Below are positions 17,286-28,953 of a stretch of 64,000 nt of DNA, one piece after another. The stretch's first letter is position 1. Each line of letters opens with the position of its first letter. The notes beneath the pieces are model-generated. The model had not been told where the DNA came from and searched no databases. It worked only from the letters and a program-made list of their open reading frames with translations. The DNA is from an uncultured bacterium (GTDB lineage Bacteria; Krumholzibacteriota; Krumholzibacteriia; LZORAL124-64-63): assembly GCA_963732385.1 (NCBI GenBank), contig CAVSZB010000007.1, positions 1,056,001-1,120,000 of the forward strand, in the 5' to 3' direction. The position numbers and the translations under genes were made by a program.

Positions 17286-20200
17286 CGTTTCTCCTTGAAG
17301 GTCGGAATCCCGACCGAGCGCCCGCCGGGCATCTCCCCGGGCTCCGCCCGATGCAAACGGTCAAGCAGGTCGAGCACGGCATGCGCAGCCGCGAGCACCT
17401 GCTCGCGCGCCGCAGGAACCTTCATGACGAACTGATCGGCGGCCTTGAACATCAGGCCCTTCGGCCCGGTTCCCATCAAGCCACGAATTATAGCTGGTGT
17501 GGGTTCCCTCCCGCCAGCGAAAAACAGGGCGATCCCGCCGCGCTCGGCGCGCACCTCCTCCACACCGCAGACGGCCGCCAGCACCCTGACCCGCTGCACC
17601 CCCAGCAGATTCTCCACCTCGCCCGGCAGCGGGCCGTAACGATCGCGGAGCTCCTCGCGCAGTCGCGCGAAGTCGCGCCCCTCCCGCAGCCGCGCAAGCC
17701 GGCGGTAGAGGTCCATTTTCTGCTCCGGATCGCCGATCCAGTCGTCGGGCAGATAAGCCGCCAGCCGGAGATCGACCTTCACCTCGAGCGCGACCGCGCC
17801 GCCACCCCCCTTGAGTTCCAGAACCGTCTCCTCAAGCAGCCGGCAATACAGGTCGAATCCGATCGCCTCCATGTGACCGTGCTGCTCCTCGCCCAGCAGA
17901 TTGCCCGCGCCGCGGATCTCCAGGTCGCGCATGGCGATATGATATCCGGACCCGAGCGCCTGGAACTCCTCGAGCGCAGCCAGCCGCCGGCGGGCCTCAG
18001 GGGTGAGCGCCTCGCCAGGCGGGGTCATCAGGTAGGCATAGGCGCGCTGGCTGGAGCGGCCGACCCGCCCGCGCAGCTGGTACAGTTGAGCCAGGCCGAG
18101 CCGGTCGGCGCGATCGATGACGATGGTATTGACGCGCGGCATGTCGAGACCCGATTCGATGATGGCCGTCGTGACCAGGACATCGAACTCGTGCGCCAGG
18201 AAGGCGGTCATGACCCGGTCGAGCCGGTCCTCGGGCAGTTGCCCGTGGGCGATGCCCAGGCGCACGCCCGGCACGATGTCGCGCACCCGGGCCGCCGTGG
18301 CCTCGATGGTCTCGATGCGATTGTGCACGAAGAATACCTGCCCGCCCCGGTGCAGTTCGCGCAGGATCGCCTCAGCCAGCGTCTCCTCGCTGAACTGGCA
18401 GAGCTCGGTGTGGATCGGCAGCCGGTCGCGGGGCGGCGTGTTGATCACCGACATGTCGCGCGCGCCCATGAGCGCGAGGTAGAGCGTGCGCGGAATCGGC
18501 GTGGCGCTGAGCGTCATGACATCCACCAGCCGGCGCAGTTCCTTGAGCCGCTCCTTGTGCCGGACCCCGAAACGGTGTTCCTCGTCGATCACCAGCAGGC
18601 CCAGGTTGCGGAAACGCACGTCGCGCGAAAGCAGGCGATGCGTGCCGATCAGGATATCCACCCTGCCCTCACGGGCCGCTTCGGCCACCGCCTTCGCCTC
18701 GCGCGGGGACCGGAAACGGCTGAGGGTCTCCACGCGGACGGGAAAATCGCGGAAACGCTCCGCGAACGTATCCCCGTGCTGGCGGGCGAGAAGCGTGGTG
18801 GGACAGAGCACCGCCACCTGCCGCCCCGCCATGACCGCCTTGAAGGCGGCCCGCATGGCCACCTCGGTCTTGCCATAGCCGACATCCCCGCAGACAAGAC
18901 GGTCCATCGGCCGCGCCGACTCCATGTCGCGTTTGACGTCGTCGATGGCGGTGAGCTGGTCGGGGGTTTCGTCGTAGAGGAAGGAATCCTCGAGAGCCCT
19001 CTGCAGCGGGTCGTCGGGTGGAAAGGCGTGGCCCTCGAGCGCCTGGCGCGAGGCGTAGAGCTCGATCAGTTCCGCCGCCATCGCCCGGATCGCCTTGCGC
19101 GCCCGCTTCGTCACCCGCGTCCACTGGGCCGCGCCGAGCTTGCTCAGATCCGGATGCGCCTCGCTGTCGGACGTGAACCGCTCGACCTGATCGATCTTGT
19201 CCACGGGGACGTAGACTCTGTCCCCCTCCGCATACTCGATGAGCAGGCACTCGCGCTCGGCGCCGTCGGCGGTGATGCGCCGCAGGCCGCGATAGACGCC
19301 GATCCCGTAATCGATGTGCACGACGAACTGGCCGCCCTGCAGGGCGCGGGCATCGCGGACGACGCCTGCCGCCTGGCGACGCGCGCGCGCCGGGCGCTGG
19401 TAGCGCTCGAAGAACTCGTGATCGGTGAAGCAGGCGAGGCCCGCCTCGGGCCACAGGAAGCCGCCCGACACCGCGCCCACGGCGGGGCGCGACGTCAGGG
19501 AACCGCCGTCGGTCTCATCGAGCAGTTCGCCGAGGCGCTCCGCCTGGCCGGCATTGTCGCAGAGCATCAGGACCCGTTCACCGGCCGCCTCGCGTCGGGC
19601 AACTTCCGCGTGGAGACGCCGCACGTCGCCGCCGCGCAGATCGGGCCGCGCCGTGGCGAACCGCACCTCGGCCGACGGGGCGCCCAGGAGCCAGTGCCCG
19701 CTCGTATCGCCCGCGATCCACGCTCCGGTCACGAGGACATGCGGACGCGCGGCGTCGGCCAGCGCGGCGGGCGGGGCCACCAGTTCGTCCGGTTCGGGCA
19801 GCGCCGGATCGCGCCGGAGACGCACCTCGCGCGACCGCGGCAATTCGGCGTCGAGCAGCTCCGACTGGGCGCCGAGCGAGACCGGATCGAGCCAGAAGAC
19901 CGGGGCGCCGGCCGACAGGTGATCGGTCAGCAGGGCCGTCGGACCGAACCAGGGCAGGAACGCCTCCAGCCCCTCGCCATGCCCCCGATCCTCGAGATGC
20001 GCCTCGAGGTCGGCCCGTTCGCCGGCGTCCAGATCGGCGGCGACCGCAGCCGACTCCGCGCGCGCGAGCGCCGACAGACGCGCGTCGTCGTCCAGGACCA
20101 GATGGCTGACCGGCAGAATGCGGACCGTGTCGAACCGGTCCACCGAGCGCTGCGATTCCACGTCGAAGGTGCGCAGCGAAACGATTTCGTCGTCGAAGAA

Positions 20201-20806
20201 CTCCAGTCGCAGCGGACGTCCGCCGGGTGCGTACAGGTCGATCAGACCGCCGCGCCGCGCCAGATCGCCCGGCCGCGCCACCAGGCCGGCGCTCCGGTAG
20301 CCGCGTGCGGTGAGGCGGGCGCACAGATCGTCGCGATCGTGTCGCTCGCCCACCGCCAGTTCGATCGCCGCCGCGGCCAGGCCCGCCGGCGACATGACGC
20401 GCTGGCGCACGCCGTACAGCGAGGTCACCGCCAGTCGCGCCGGTCCCCGCGCGAGACGATCGAGGCCGTCGAGGAAGAGTCCGACGCCATCCGGGTCGGG
20501 CGACTGCCGGTCGAAGGCGAGTACCTCCTGCTGCGGAAGGTAGACGACCGCCTCCGATCCCAGCCACTCCTCCAGATCGTCGGCCAGCCCCTGCGCCAGC
20601 TCGCGCGTCGGCGCGACCAGCAAAGCGGCGCGGGGCGCGGACCGCCACCAGGCGGCCAGCAACAGCGGCGCAGCACCCCCGTGGAGTCCCGACAAAAGGA
20701 CCGCCGTCCCGCCCGGCGCGCCAGGCGGCGCCACCACGGACCGCACCCGCGCGACGCTCCCGGCCAGCGCCTCGTCGGGCAGCAGTCGTCCCAGCAGCCC
20801 GCTCAA
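17282..20806 (-). CDS. mfd: Transcription-repair coupling factor
   Basis: [63 protein letters not shown] start overlaps the pspC stop (TTGA). Confidence 0.97.
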   Translation of the reverse strand: MSGLLGRLLPDEALAGSVARVRSVVAPPGAPGGTAVLLSGLHGGAAPLLLAAWWRSAPRAALLVAPTRELAQGLADDLEEWLGSEAVVYLPQQEVLAFDRQSPDPDGVGLFLDGLDRLARGPARLAVTSLYGVRQRVMSPAGLAAAAIELAVGERHDRDDLCARLTARGYRSAGLVARPGDLARRGGLIDLYAPGGRPLRLEFFDDEIVSLRTFDVESQRSVDRFDTVRILPVSHLVLDDDARLSALARAESAAVAADLDAGERADLEAHLEDRGHGEGLEAFLPWFGPTALLTDHLSAGAPVFWLDPVSLGAQSELLDAELPRSREVRLRRDPALPEPDELVAPPAALADAARPHVLVTGAWIAGDTSGHWLLGAPSAEVRFATARPDLRGGDVRRLHAEVARREAAGERVLMLCDNAGQAERLGELLDETDGGSLTSRPAVGAVSGGFLWPEAGLACFTDHEFFERYQRPARARRQAAGVVRDARALQGGQFVVHIDYGIGVYRGLRRITADGAERECLLIEYAEGDRVYVPVDKIDQVERFTSDSEAHPDLSKLGAAQWTRVTKRARKAIRAMAAELIELYASRQALEGHAFPPDDPLQRALEDSFLYDETPDQLTAIDDVKRDMESARPMDRLVCGDVGYGKTEVAMRAAFKAVMAGRQVAVLCPTTLLARQHGDTFAERFRDFPVRVETLSRFRSPREAKAVAEAAREGRVDILIGTHRLLSRDVRFRNLGLLVIDEEHRFGVRHKERLKELRRLVDVMTLSATPIPRTLYLALMGARDMSVINTPPRDRLPIHTELCQFSEETLAEAILRELHRGGQVFFVHNRIETIEATAARVRDIVPGVRLGIAHGQLPEDRLDRVMTAFLAHEFDVLVTTAIIESGLDMPRVNTIVIDRADRLGLAQLYQLRGRVGRSSQRAYAYLMTPPGEALTPEARRRLAALEEFQALGSGYHIAMRDLEIRGAGNLLGEEQHGHMEAIGFDLYCRLLEETVLELKGGGGAVALEVKVDLRLAAYLPDDWIGDPEQKMDLYRRLARLREGRDFARLREELRDRYGPLPGEVENLLGVQRVRVLAAVCGVEEVRAERGGIALFFAGGREPTPAIIRGLMGTGPKGLMFKAADQFVMKVPAAREQVLAAAHAVLDLLDRLHRAEPGEMPGGRSVGIPTFKEKR

Positions 20807-21009
20807 TCGCTTGCCGCCGCCGGCAGGGCGGTCCAGAAGATGAGGTAGACGAGCAGTCCGGGCAAAAGCAGGGAAAGGATGGTCAGCGCCACCCAGCCGG
20901 CGCGCACGATCGCGGGCGAAGCGCCGAAGTAGGCGGCCAGGCCGCCGCAGACGCCGCCGATGAGGCGGTCCGCGGAGCGATGCAGCTTTCTCTCCCCGTC
21001 GCCGACCAC
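20803..21009 (-). CDS. pspC: PspC-domain membrane protein
   Basis: KLHRSADRLIGGVCGGLAAYFG...VR...LVYLIFW: PspC signature; AGGAGG RBS. Confidence 0.9.
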   Translation of the reverse strand: MVGDGERKLHRSADRLIGGVCGGLAAYFGASPAIVRAGWVALTILSLLLPGLLVYLIFWTALPAAASD

Positions 21010-21027
21010 AGCGCCTCCTGGGGACGG

Positions 21028-22278
21028 TCAGAACGTCGCGCGCTGGCGTCCGAACGGGGTGATCGCGCGCAACCGCTCCACCACGCGCGGCACGACCGCC
21101 GCGACATGGTCGATCTCCTCGCGCGTGTTGTAGCGGCTCAGCGAGAAGCGCACGGAGCCATGCGCCGACGTGAACGGGATGCCCATCGCCTTCAGCACAT
21201 GCGACGGCTCGAGACTGCCCGAGGTGCACGCCGAACCGCTGGAGGCACCGATACCGACGCGGTCCATCAGCAACAGGATCCCCTCGCCCTCGATGAAATC
21301 GAAGCTGACGTTGCAGGTGTTGGACAGGCGGCGCGCGCGATCGCCGTTCACGCGGCAGTCGGGCACGGCCGCCAGCAGCGCCGCCTCGAGACGGTCGCGC
21401 AGTTCGCGCACCTGGCCGTTCTCCTCGCCGAGGCTCTGTCCGGCCAGCACACAGGCGGCGCCGAAGCCGACGATGCCCGGCACGTTCTCCGTGCCGGCGC
21501 GACGCCCGCGCTCCTGGTGCCCGCCCATGATCAGGGGCCGCAGCTTGGTTCCCTTGCGCACGTACAGCGCGCCGACCCCCTTGGGACCGTGCAGCTTGTG
21601 CCCGGAGAGCGCAAGCAGGTCGATCGTCGAAGCCTGCATGTCCAGGGGCAGCTTGCCCGCGGCCTGCACGGCGTCGACATGGAAGACCGCGCCGGCCTCC
21701 TTCACGATCCGGCCCAGTTCCTCCACGGGGAAGACCACGCCGGTTTCGTTGTTGGCGGCCATGACCGACACCAGCGCCGTGTCGGGACGGAGCGCCCGGC
21801 GCAGTTCGTCCGGATCGAGCGCCCCCGACCCGTCCACGTCGAGCCAGCTCACCGCGTAGCCGTGACGGCCTTCGAGTTCACGGCAGAGACCGAGCACGGC
21901 CGGATGTTCCACCTTCGTCGTGACGAGGTGCTTCCGGTCGGGGTAGGCGCGAAGGGTGCCCCAGATGGCCAGGCTGTCGCTTTCGGACCCACCCGCGGTG
22001 AACACGATCTCGCCCGGCGTCGCGGCGCCGATCAGCGCCGCCACCCGGCCGCGCGCCTCGATCACGCCCTGCTCGGCCAGGGAACCGAAATGGTGCATGC
22101 TCGACGGATTGCCGTACCGCTCGGTGAAGTACGGCAGCATCGCCGCGAGCGCCTCGGGCGCAACCTGCGTCGTGGCGTTGTTGTCCAGATAGACCCCGTT
22201 CGCGGGCGCGGGAGGCAGACCGTCGAGCAGGCTGAAACCGCCCGGCGTCCGGACGCCACCGTCAGGATCCGAATTCAT
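21028..22278 (-). CDS. nifS: Cysteine desulfurase, NifS type
   Basis: YLDNNATT, YGNPSS, HVDAVQ, SGHKLHGPKG, SSGSACTS. Confidence 0.95.
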   Translation of the reverse strand: MNSDPDGGVRTPGGFSLLDGLPPAPANGVYLDNNATTQVAPEALAAMLPYFTERYGNPSSMHHFGSLAEQGVIEARGRVAALIGAATPGEIVFTAGGSESDSLAIWGTLRAYPDRKHLVTTKVEHPAVLGLCRELEGRHGYAVSWLDVDGSGALDPDELRRALRPDTALVSVMAANNETGVVFPVEELGRIVKEAGAVFHVDAVQAAGKLPLDMQASTIDLLALSGHKLHGPKGVGALYVRKGTKLRPLIMGGHQERGRRAGTENVPGIVGFGAACVLAGQSLGEENGQVRELRDRLEAALLAAVPDCRVNGDRARRLSNTCNVSFDFIEGEGILLLMDRVGIGASSGSACTSGSLEPSHVLKAMGIPFTSAHGSVRFSLSRYNTREEIDHVAAVVPRVVERLRAITPFGRQRATF

Positions 22279-23144
22279 GACTTCACCTCGATGACATCCA
22301 CCTCGTCGCCGAGATGTTCACGCAGCTGACTCTCCACCCAGCCCTTGATGGTGGCCTGCGACGCCGGGCAGCTGGCGCAGGTGCCGATGAGGCGAACGAA
22401 CACCTCGTGCCCGCGCACCTCGACCAGTTCGATGTCGCCGCCGTCGTTGCGCAGCGCGCGCGCGATGTCGTGCTCGATGACTTCGCGGATGCGGGCCTCC
22501 CTCGCCGGCGGCGCCAGCGGCAACGCGCCGGGCACCGCCCCGCCACCGCTGGCGGCCTCCTGGTCCAGCTTCTCCCAGAACTCGTCGATGAGATGCCGAA
22601 TCTCCGGATGACAGTCCTGGCAGCCGCCGCCCGCTTTCGTGTAGTGCGTCACGTCTTCGATGGTCCGCAGGCGGTTCTGCCTGACGGCGTGGCGGATCGT
22701 GTCCCGCTCAACCTGGTAGCAGTGGCAGACCAGCACGCCCTGGGAGAGCAGTTCGCACGGGACCTGCTTCCCCTGCCGCTTGTAGTAATCGATCATGGCG
22801 GCCTCGAGCGCTTCGCGCCCCATGACCGAGCAGTGCATCTTCTCACGGGGCAGCCCGCCCAGTTCGCCGGCGATGTCCTCGTTCGTGATTCGCGCGGCCT
22901 CCTCAAGCGTCTTCCCCCTGAGCATCTCCGTGAGGATGGACGAAGAGGCGATGGCGCTGCCGCAGCCGAAGGTCTGGAACTTCACTTCGGCGATCCGGCC
23001 CGCGTCGTCGAGCCGGAACGAAAGGCGCAGGGCATCGCCGCAGGCCATCGACCCGACCTCGCCCACGCCGTCGGCGTTCTCGACCGTGCCGACGTTGCGC
23101 GGATTGAAGAAGTGGTCGTAGACCTGATCGCTGTACTTCCACAT
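22275..23144 (-). CDS. nifU: Three-domain Fe-S scaffold NifU
   Basis: MWKYSDQVYDHFFNPRN; IscU-like domain (CGD, FGCG, KMHCS); central CHC...GCQDC; C-terminal Nfu domain (DGGDIEL...CASC). Confidence 0.95.
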   Translation of the reverse strand: MWKYSDQVYDHFFNPRNVGTVENADGVGEVGSMACGDALRLSFRLDDAGRIAEVKFQTFGCGSAIASSSILTEMLRGKTLEEAARITNEDIAGELGGLPREKMHCSVMGREALEAAMIDYYKRQGKQVPCELLSQGVLVCHCYQVERDTIRHAVRQNRLRTIEDVTHYTKAGGGCQDCHPEIRHLIDEFWEKLDQEAASGGGAVPGALPLAPPAREARIREVIEHDIARALRNDGGDIELVEVRGHEVFVRLIGTCASCPASQATIKGWVESQLREHLGDEVDVIEVKS

Positions 23145-23269
23145 GAGGCCGGTGATCCTCTCGCGGGGCGGAATGGGCAGGCGCGCGAACCGGCGCCGCA
23201 GCGCACGGGCGCGGGCGGCCAGCCGACAGCGGACGGACCAGGCTAACCTAAGCGCAAACCACGCGTCGA

Positions 23270-25438
23270 TCAAGCGGTGCGGGACGCGCCGCCGCCGCGC
23301 GAAACGACCGACTCCGCCATCAGCAGGCCGAGCGCCAGCAGCAGGCACCAGGGAGTCAGATCGCGCCCGGCGAACGCGCTCCCGAGTCGCCCGGCCGGCA
23401 GGGCGGCAAGAGCGTGGGCCGGCAGGCCGGCGGAGGCCGCGAGGGCGGTGCGGAACGCGGCCGGTTCCCAGACCTCCGGATCCCCTTCGGCCGACGGCGG
23501 CGCCACCGCCACCAGCCCCAGGGTCTCGGCGCCGGCGGTGAAGATGTGGAAACCGCGCCGCAGCGCCGGCGCTCCCGCCAGCCACGGTTTCTCCCCGCGC
23601 CACACGAGACGGGCCATCGCGTCCCGTTCACCCGGGAACGACCGCGGCGCCAGGATCCGCAACCGCGCCGGATCGGCCGCCAGCCCCGCTACCACGGCGC
23701 CCCGTGGCAGACGCAGCGCCGGCGTTTCCCCGACCATGATGTCCCCGCCCCCCTCCCCGCCCGGAGCGGCCAGCCAGGCGACCAGTCGCTGTGCGAGCGG
23801 GAGAAACATCGGCGAGAGCGGCAGATCGCTCGCCGAAGGAGACAGATCGGCGGACAGCACTGCGAGCGTGCCCGCGCCCAGACGTCGCTCCGTGAGCAGA
23901 GGCGCCCGTCCCGCCAGCGCCAGCAGGACCTGGCCCGAATCCCCCTCGTCCAGCGTGAAGAACCGGCGCCACCGCACCTCCTGCAGCGTGGCGAGCGCCT
24001 CATCCCCGAAACCGGCGAACAGCGGATGCGACGGGGTCGGGATCAGCGCCCGCTCCTGCGCCGCCGCTTCGCGGACCGTCCAGTCAGCCCGCCCCGGCAG
24101 GCCGAGCCCTGGCAGGAGATGTGCAGCCCACTCGCGGGCCAGCGTCGGGTCGCCCAGGAGGAACAGGGCCCCGCCCCCCGCCTCCAGCCAGTCACGCAGG
24201 CCCGCGGCCAGCAGCGGACCGAGAGGACCGGGGTTCACGAAGCAGACAACGTCGGTGTCCGCCAGATCGCCCGCGCCGACGGTGCCGTCGCCCACGTCCC
24301 GCACGCTAAAGAGAGCCGGCGGGACCGGCGCGGCGGCAGCGTCCGGCCCCGGGTCAAGCGCGCGCGCCAAAAAACGCCACCCGCCGCGCCCGGCCGGTTC
24401 GTCGCGATCGGGGCCATGCACGACGAGCACGTCGAGACGCTCGCGCACGGTCAGCGTGAACGGCCGCTCGTCATCCACCGGCAGGCGATCGCTCCGCTTG
24501 ATGACCCGTCCGCGGTGCCGTCCGGCGGCCGGCGCCGTGAGCGGGAACTCCACACGCACCAGGGCGCCGTCCGCCCCCTGCGCCACCGCTTCGGCGACGC
24601 GCTGCCCGTCCACCTCGAGCAGACAGACCTCCGGGGCGTGCTCCACCCGCACCTCCGCCACCACGCGCAACGCCTCGCCCGCACGCAGGGCGCGCAGCGG
24701 GAGGGCCACGGCGCGCACGCCACCGTTGGGCGTTTCCCGACCGACCGGCCGCACGAGCAGTCGCGGACCGCCGCCCCTGGTCAGCGCCCGCCCCGCCCCG
24801 CCGAGCGCCACGCTGTCGGGCAGGACCGCCGAACGCTGCAGATCGGAGAAGAGGACGATTTCGGCCGGCGTGTACCGCGCGGAAGCGGCCCAGCGCACCG
24901 CCTCGCGCAACGCCGCCGCCAGATCACAGGCGCCATCCGTGGGCGCCACGGCGGCGAGCGCCGGTCCCACCGCGAGGGTCGCCGGCAGCCAGTCGGCCAA
25001 CAGGGTCCGCGGCGCCGGGCCGGCGAGCACCACCTGCAGCTCGCTGCCGGCGGGGAGGCCCCGGGCCAGCTCGTCGACCGCCCGCACGGCCGCCGCGAAG
25101 CGGGTGCCGCCATCCTCCTGCGTCTGCATCGAGGCGCTCGCGTCGAGCAGGCAGACGACCGACAGCGCGCCGCTGGCCGTGCGCGCCATCCCGGCCAGGC
25201 GTGGCCGCGCCGCCGCCGCGACGATCGCCAGGATCGCCAGCACGCGCAGCAACAGCAGCAACCACCGCCGCAAAGCCACGCGCCGCGCCCGCCGCGCCTG
25301 CCCCGCCTCCAGGAAGCGCAGATCGCTGAAGGCGATCTGGCGGGGACGCCGCCGCTGCCAGAGGTGCAGCACGATCGGCACGGCCGCCACGAGCGCGCCC
25401 CACCAGAGGCCAGGATTGAGAAAAACGAACGGTCCCAC
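23270..25438 (-). CDS. BatA-domain/VWA membrane protein
   Basis: FLNP...PIVLHL...FSDLRFL...LLLLRVLA BatA N-terminus; MIDAS-like LDASASM; LFSDLQ; C-terminal TM helix. Confidence 0.88.
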   Translation of the reverse strand: MGPFVFLNPGLWWGALVAAVPIVLHLWQRRRPRQIAFSDLRFLEAGQARRARRVALRRWLLLLLRVLAILAIVAAAARPRLAGMARTASGALSVVCLLDASASMQTQEDGGTRFAAAVRAVDELARGLPAGSELQVVLAGPAPRTLLADWLPATLAVGPALAAVAPTDGACDLAAALREAVRWAASARYTPAEIVLFSDLQRSAVLPDSVALGGAGRALTRGGGPRLLVRPVGRETPNGGVRAVALPLRALRAGEALRVVAEVRVEHAPEVCLLEVDGQRVAEAVAQGADGALVRVEFPLTAPAAGRHRGRVIKRSDRLPVDDERPFTLTVRERLDVLVVHGPDRDEPAGRGGWRFLARALDPGPDAAAAPVPPALFSVRDVGDGTVGAGDLADTDVVCFVNPGPLGPLLAAGLRDWLEAGGGALFLLGDPTLAREWAAHLLPGLGLPGRADWTVREAAAQERALIPTPSHPLFAGFGDEALATLQEVRWRRFFTLDEGDSGQVLLALAGRAPLLTERRLGAGTLAVLSADLSPSASDLPLSPMFLPLAQRLVAWLAAPGGEGGGDIMVGETPALRLPRGAVVAGLAADPARLRILAPRSFPGERDAMARLVWRGEKPWLAGAPALRRGFHIFTAGAETLGLVAVAPPSAEGDPEVWEPAAFRTALAASAGLPAHALAALPAGRLGSAFAGRDLTPWCLLLALGLLMAESVVSRGGGASRTA

Positions 25439-25471
25439 GTCACGTCCCCGTGCCGGCGGGCAGGCCGGCGG

Positions 25472-26364
25472 TCACACCAGTCGACGGCGCCGGCCGAGGA
25501 ACGCGTGCAGCGCGCTCTCCAGCGGCGCCTCTGTCCCCACCTCGACCAGGTCCACCAGGTGGCGGCGACACTCGCGGCGCAGGCCGTCCCGCCAGGCGTC
25601 GAACCTGACCCGGTACTCGGCCGCCGCCAGGGCCGGTTCGACCCGCACCTTCCGCCCCGGGTGCTCCAGGTCGGTCAGCTCCAGTTCGCGGCGGAAGTCG
25701 AGGTCGCGCTCGCGCGGGTCGAGCAGGTGGAAAACGACCACCTCGTGGCCGCGGTGCCGGAAGTGCTTCAGCCCCGACAGCACCTCGGCCGGCTCGTCCA
25801 GCAGATCGGAGAAGAGCACGATCAACCCGCGGCGGTGCACCCGCTCCGCCACGCCGTGCAGGACCGGACCGAGGCGCGTGCCGGCCCCCTGCGGCGCCGC
25901 CTCGAGTTCCCGCAGGATCTGGAACAGCTGCCGCCGCACCGAGCGGGCCGGCACGATCGCCAGCGGTTTCTCGTCGAAGGTGACCAGGCCGACGGCGTCG
26001 TTCTGGCGCAGCAGCAGGTAGGCGAACGAGGCCGCCAGCAGGCGCGCATACGCCAGCTTGGTCGGACGCTCCGGATCGGAGGTGAACGCCATGCTCGCCG
26101 AACAGTCGAGCAGCAGGGTCGCGCGGAGATTCGTCTCCTCGGCAAAGACCTTCAGGTAGTGGCGATCGCTGCGGGCGTAGAGCCGCCAGTCGAGGTGGGT
26201 GGTCGGTTCGCCCGGGATGTACTGGCGATACTCGGCGAACTCCACGGAGAAGCCGTGGTACGGACTCCTGTGCCGGCCGGTGAGGAAGCCCTCCACGACG
26301 AGCCGCGCCACGAGGTCGAGCCGCCCCAGACGGCTCGCCAGCTCCGGCGTCAGCAGGGGCCTCG

Positions 26365-26368
<4 letters not shown>
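25472..26368 (-). CDS. DUF58-domain protein
   Basis: GRHRSPYHGFSVEFAEYRQYIPG, DWRLYAR, LDCSASM; GTGA overlap with moxR. Confidence 0.92.
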
Positions 26369-27354
<986 letters not shown>

Positions 27355-27570
27355 ACCTCCGTCCGAATCCGGTACCCCGCCCGCACCGCGGCGCGCGGGC
27401 GGTCCGGCTCAATCTACAGGCGGCGCCCCGGCGACACAACCGGCGGCGCAAGCCGCGCGCCAGTCGCGCGCCGGACCCGGCTCATCGGAATTGAATGTTG
27501 CGCCCCCGGCGCGCCGGCGTCATTCTTGTATGTTCAGCCGCGCAAGCCGCGCGGCCCCGGAGGGGACTGC

Positions 27571-28929
27571 GTGTACAAGAAGCTGTATCGCGACATCGAG
27601 AAACTGCTCCGCCAGATCGACAATTCCACCGGCACCGAGGACATGCTGCGCATGACGGTGCGCGGCATCGTCGAGACCTGCGCCCAGGTCTACGGGATCG
27701 AAAGCGGCCGCCTCTACCGGGAACAACCGCACGAGTACCTGCTGATCGAGAGCATCGGCGGGCACGGTTCGCGCATCGTCGGCAAAACCGTGAGCAAGGA
27801 CTACCCGGTCGTGCAGACCCTCGAGCGGGAGTTCGTCGTCATGATCTCGCGCGACTATCCCGGCTTCGATCCGGAGCTTGAGGCGCAGTTCTCCACGCAT
27901 GACTACGCAGCGATCCTGGTCGATTCCACGCCCGCCTACATCCTCAGCTTCGGCGTGCGGCGCACCGAACTGGACGAGGCGGAGGAGAACCTCCACCTCA
28001 TCCTGGAGACGATCCGCACCGCGGTCGGGCTGAAGCTGCGGCAGAGCGTGCTCGAGAACCAGCTGCGCCAGGCGCAGACGATCCAGCTCTCTTTGCTGCC
28101 GCGCGAACTGCCGAAGCTGGCCGGCTTCGAACTGGCCGCGGCCACCTTCCCCGCCGAGGAGGTCGGCGGCGACATCTACGACGCACAAACCATGGAGACC
28201 GGCACGATCACGGTCGCCGTGGCCGACGCCAGCGGCCACGGCCTGCCGGCGGCCCTGCAGGCGCGCGACGTGATCACCGGCCTGCGGATGGGCGTGGCGC
28301 GCGACTTCAAGATCACCGCCACAATCCGCCGTTTGAACAAGGTCATCAACGCCAGCGGCCTGTCGAGCCGCTTCGTGTCGCTCTTCTACGCGGAGATCGA
28401 GGAGACCGGCAACGTCATCTACGTCAACTGCGGCCACTGCCCGCCGCTGATCGTCAACCCCGAGGGCGCCGTCTTCGAGTTGCCGAGCAACGGCCCGGTG
28501 CTCGGCCCGCTGCCCGACATGGCTTACCGCCGCAGCTTCGCCCAGCTACGCCCCGGCGAGGTGCTGCTCATCTACTCCGACGGCCTCACCGAACGCAAAC
28601 GACGCCTGCCGCCCGGAACATCGGAGCCCGCCCCCGGCGGGCTAGAACCGGAACCGGCGTCCGATGCCGATCACGAGGAGTTCGGCACCGAGCGCCTGAT
28701 CCGGATCGCAAGCGAGCACGCCCATCGCTCCGCGCGGGACCTGCTCGCCGCGATCCTGACCGAAGTGCGCGATTTCGGCGCTGGCGAACCGTGGGAGGAC
28801 GACGCCACCCTGTTCGTCGTCCGCCGCCTGCCGGCCCACGAGTTCAAACCGAAGCGCACGCTCGGCACGGTGCTCAACTTCGATCAGGCGCGCATCGGCG
28901 CCGCGAAGAAGCCGGCGGACGGGAAGTAG
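27571..28929 (+). CDS. PP2C/SpoIIE (RsbU-like) phosphatase with N-terminal GAF-like region
   Basis: GGAGGGG RBS then GTG; IQLSLLP, VGGDIYD, ADASGHG, NCGH, YSDGLTE, EDDATL. Confidence 0.92.
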   Translation: MYKKLYRDIEKLLRQIDNSTGTEDMLRMTVRGIVETCAQVYGIESGRLYREQPHEYLLIESIGGHGSRIVGKTVSKDYPVVQTLEREFVVMISRDYPGFDPELEAQFSTHDYAAILVDSTPAYILSFGVRRTELDEAEENLHLILETIRTAVGLKLRQSVLENQLRQAQTIQLSLLPRELPKLAGFELAAATFPAEEVGGDIYDAQTMETGTITVAVADASGHGLPAALQARDVITGLRMGVARDFKITATIRRLNKVINASGLSSRFVSLFYAEIEETGNVIYVNCGHCPPLIVNPEGAVFELPSNGPVLGPLPDMAYRRSFAQLRPGEVLLIYSDGLTERKRRLPPGTSEPAPGGLEPEPASDADHEEFGTERLIRIASEHAHRSARDLLAAILTEVRDFGAGEPWEDDATLFVVRRLPAHEFKPKRTLGTVLNFDQARIGAAKKPADGK

Positions 28930-28953
28930 GGCGAGCGGACGGCCACCGGCGCG

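Noticed and set aside
20807..21229. N-terminal extension of mfd to 1315 aa
   Set aside because: It overlaps pspC and nifS. The TTG at 20806 gives a normal-length Mfd.
21028..23144. Nitrogen fixation inferred from nifU/nifS
   Set aside because: No nifH, nifD, nifK, nifE, nifN or nifB in the window; NifUS alone is a general Fe-S assembly system.
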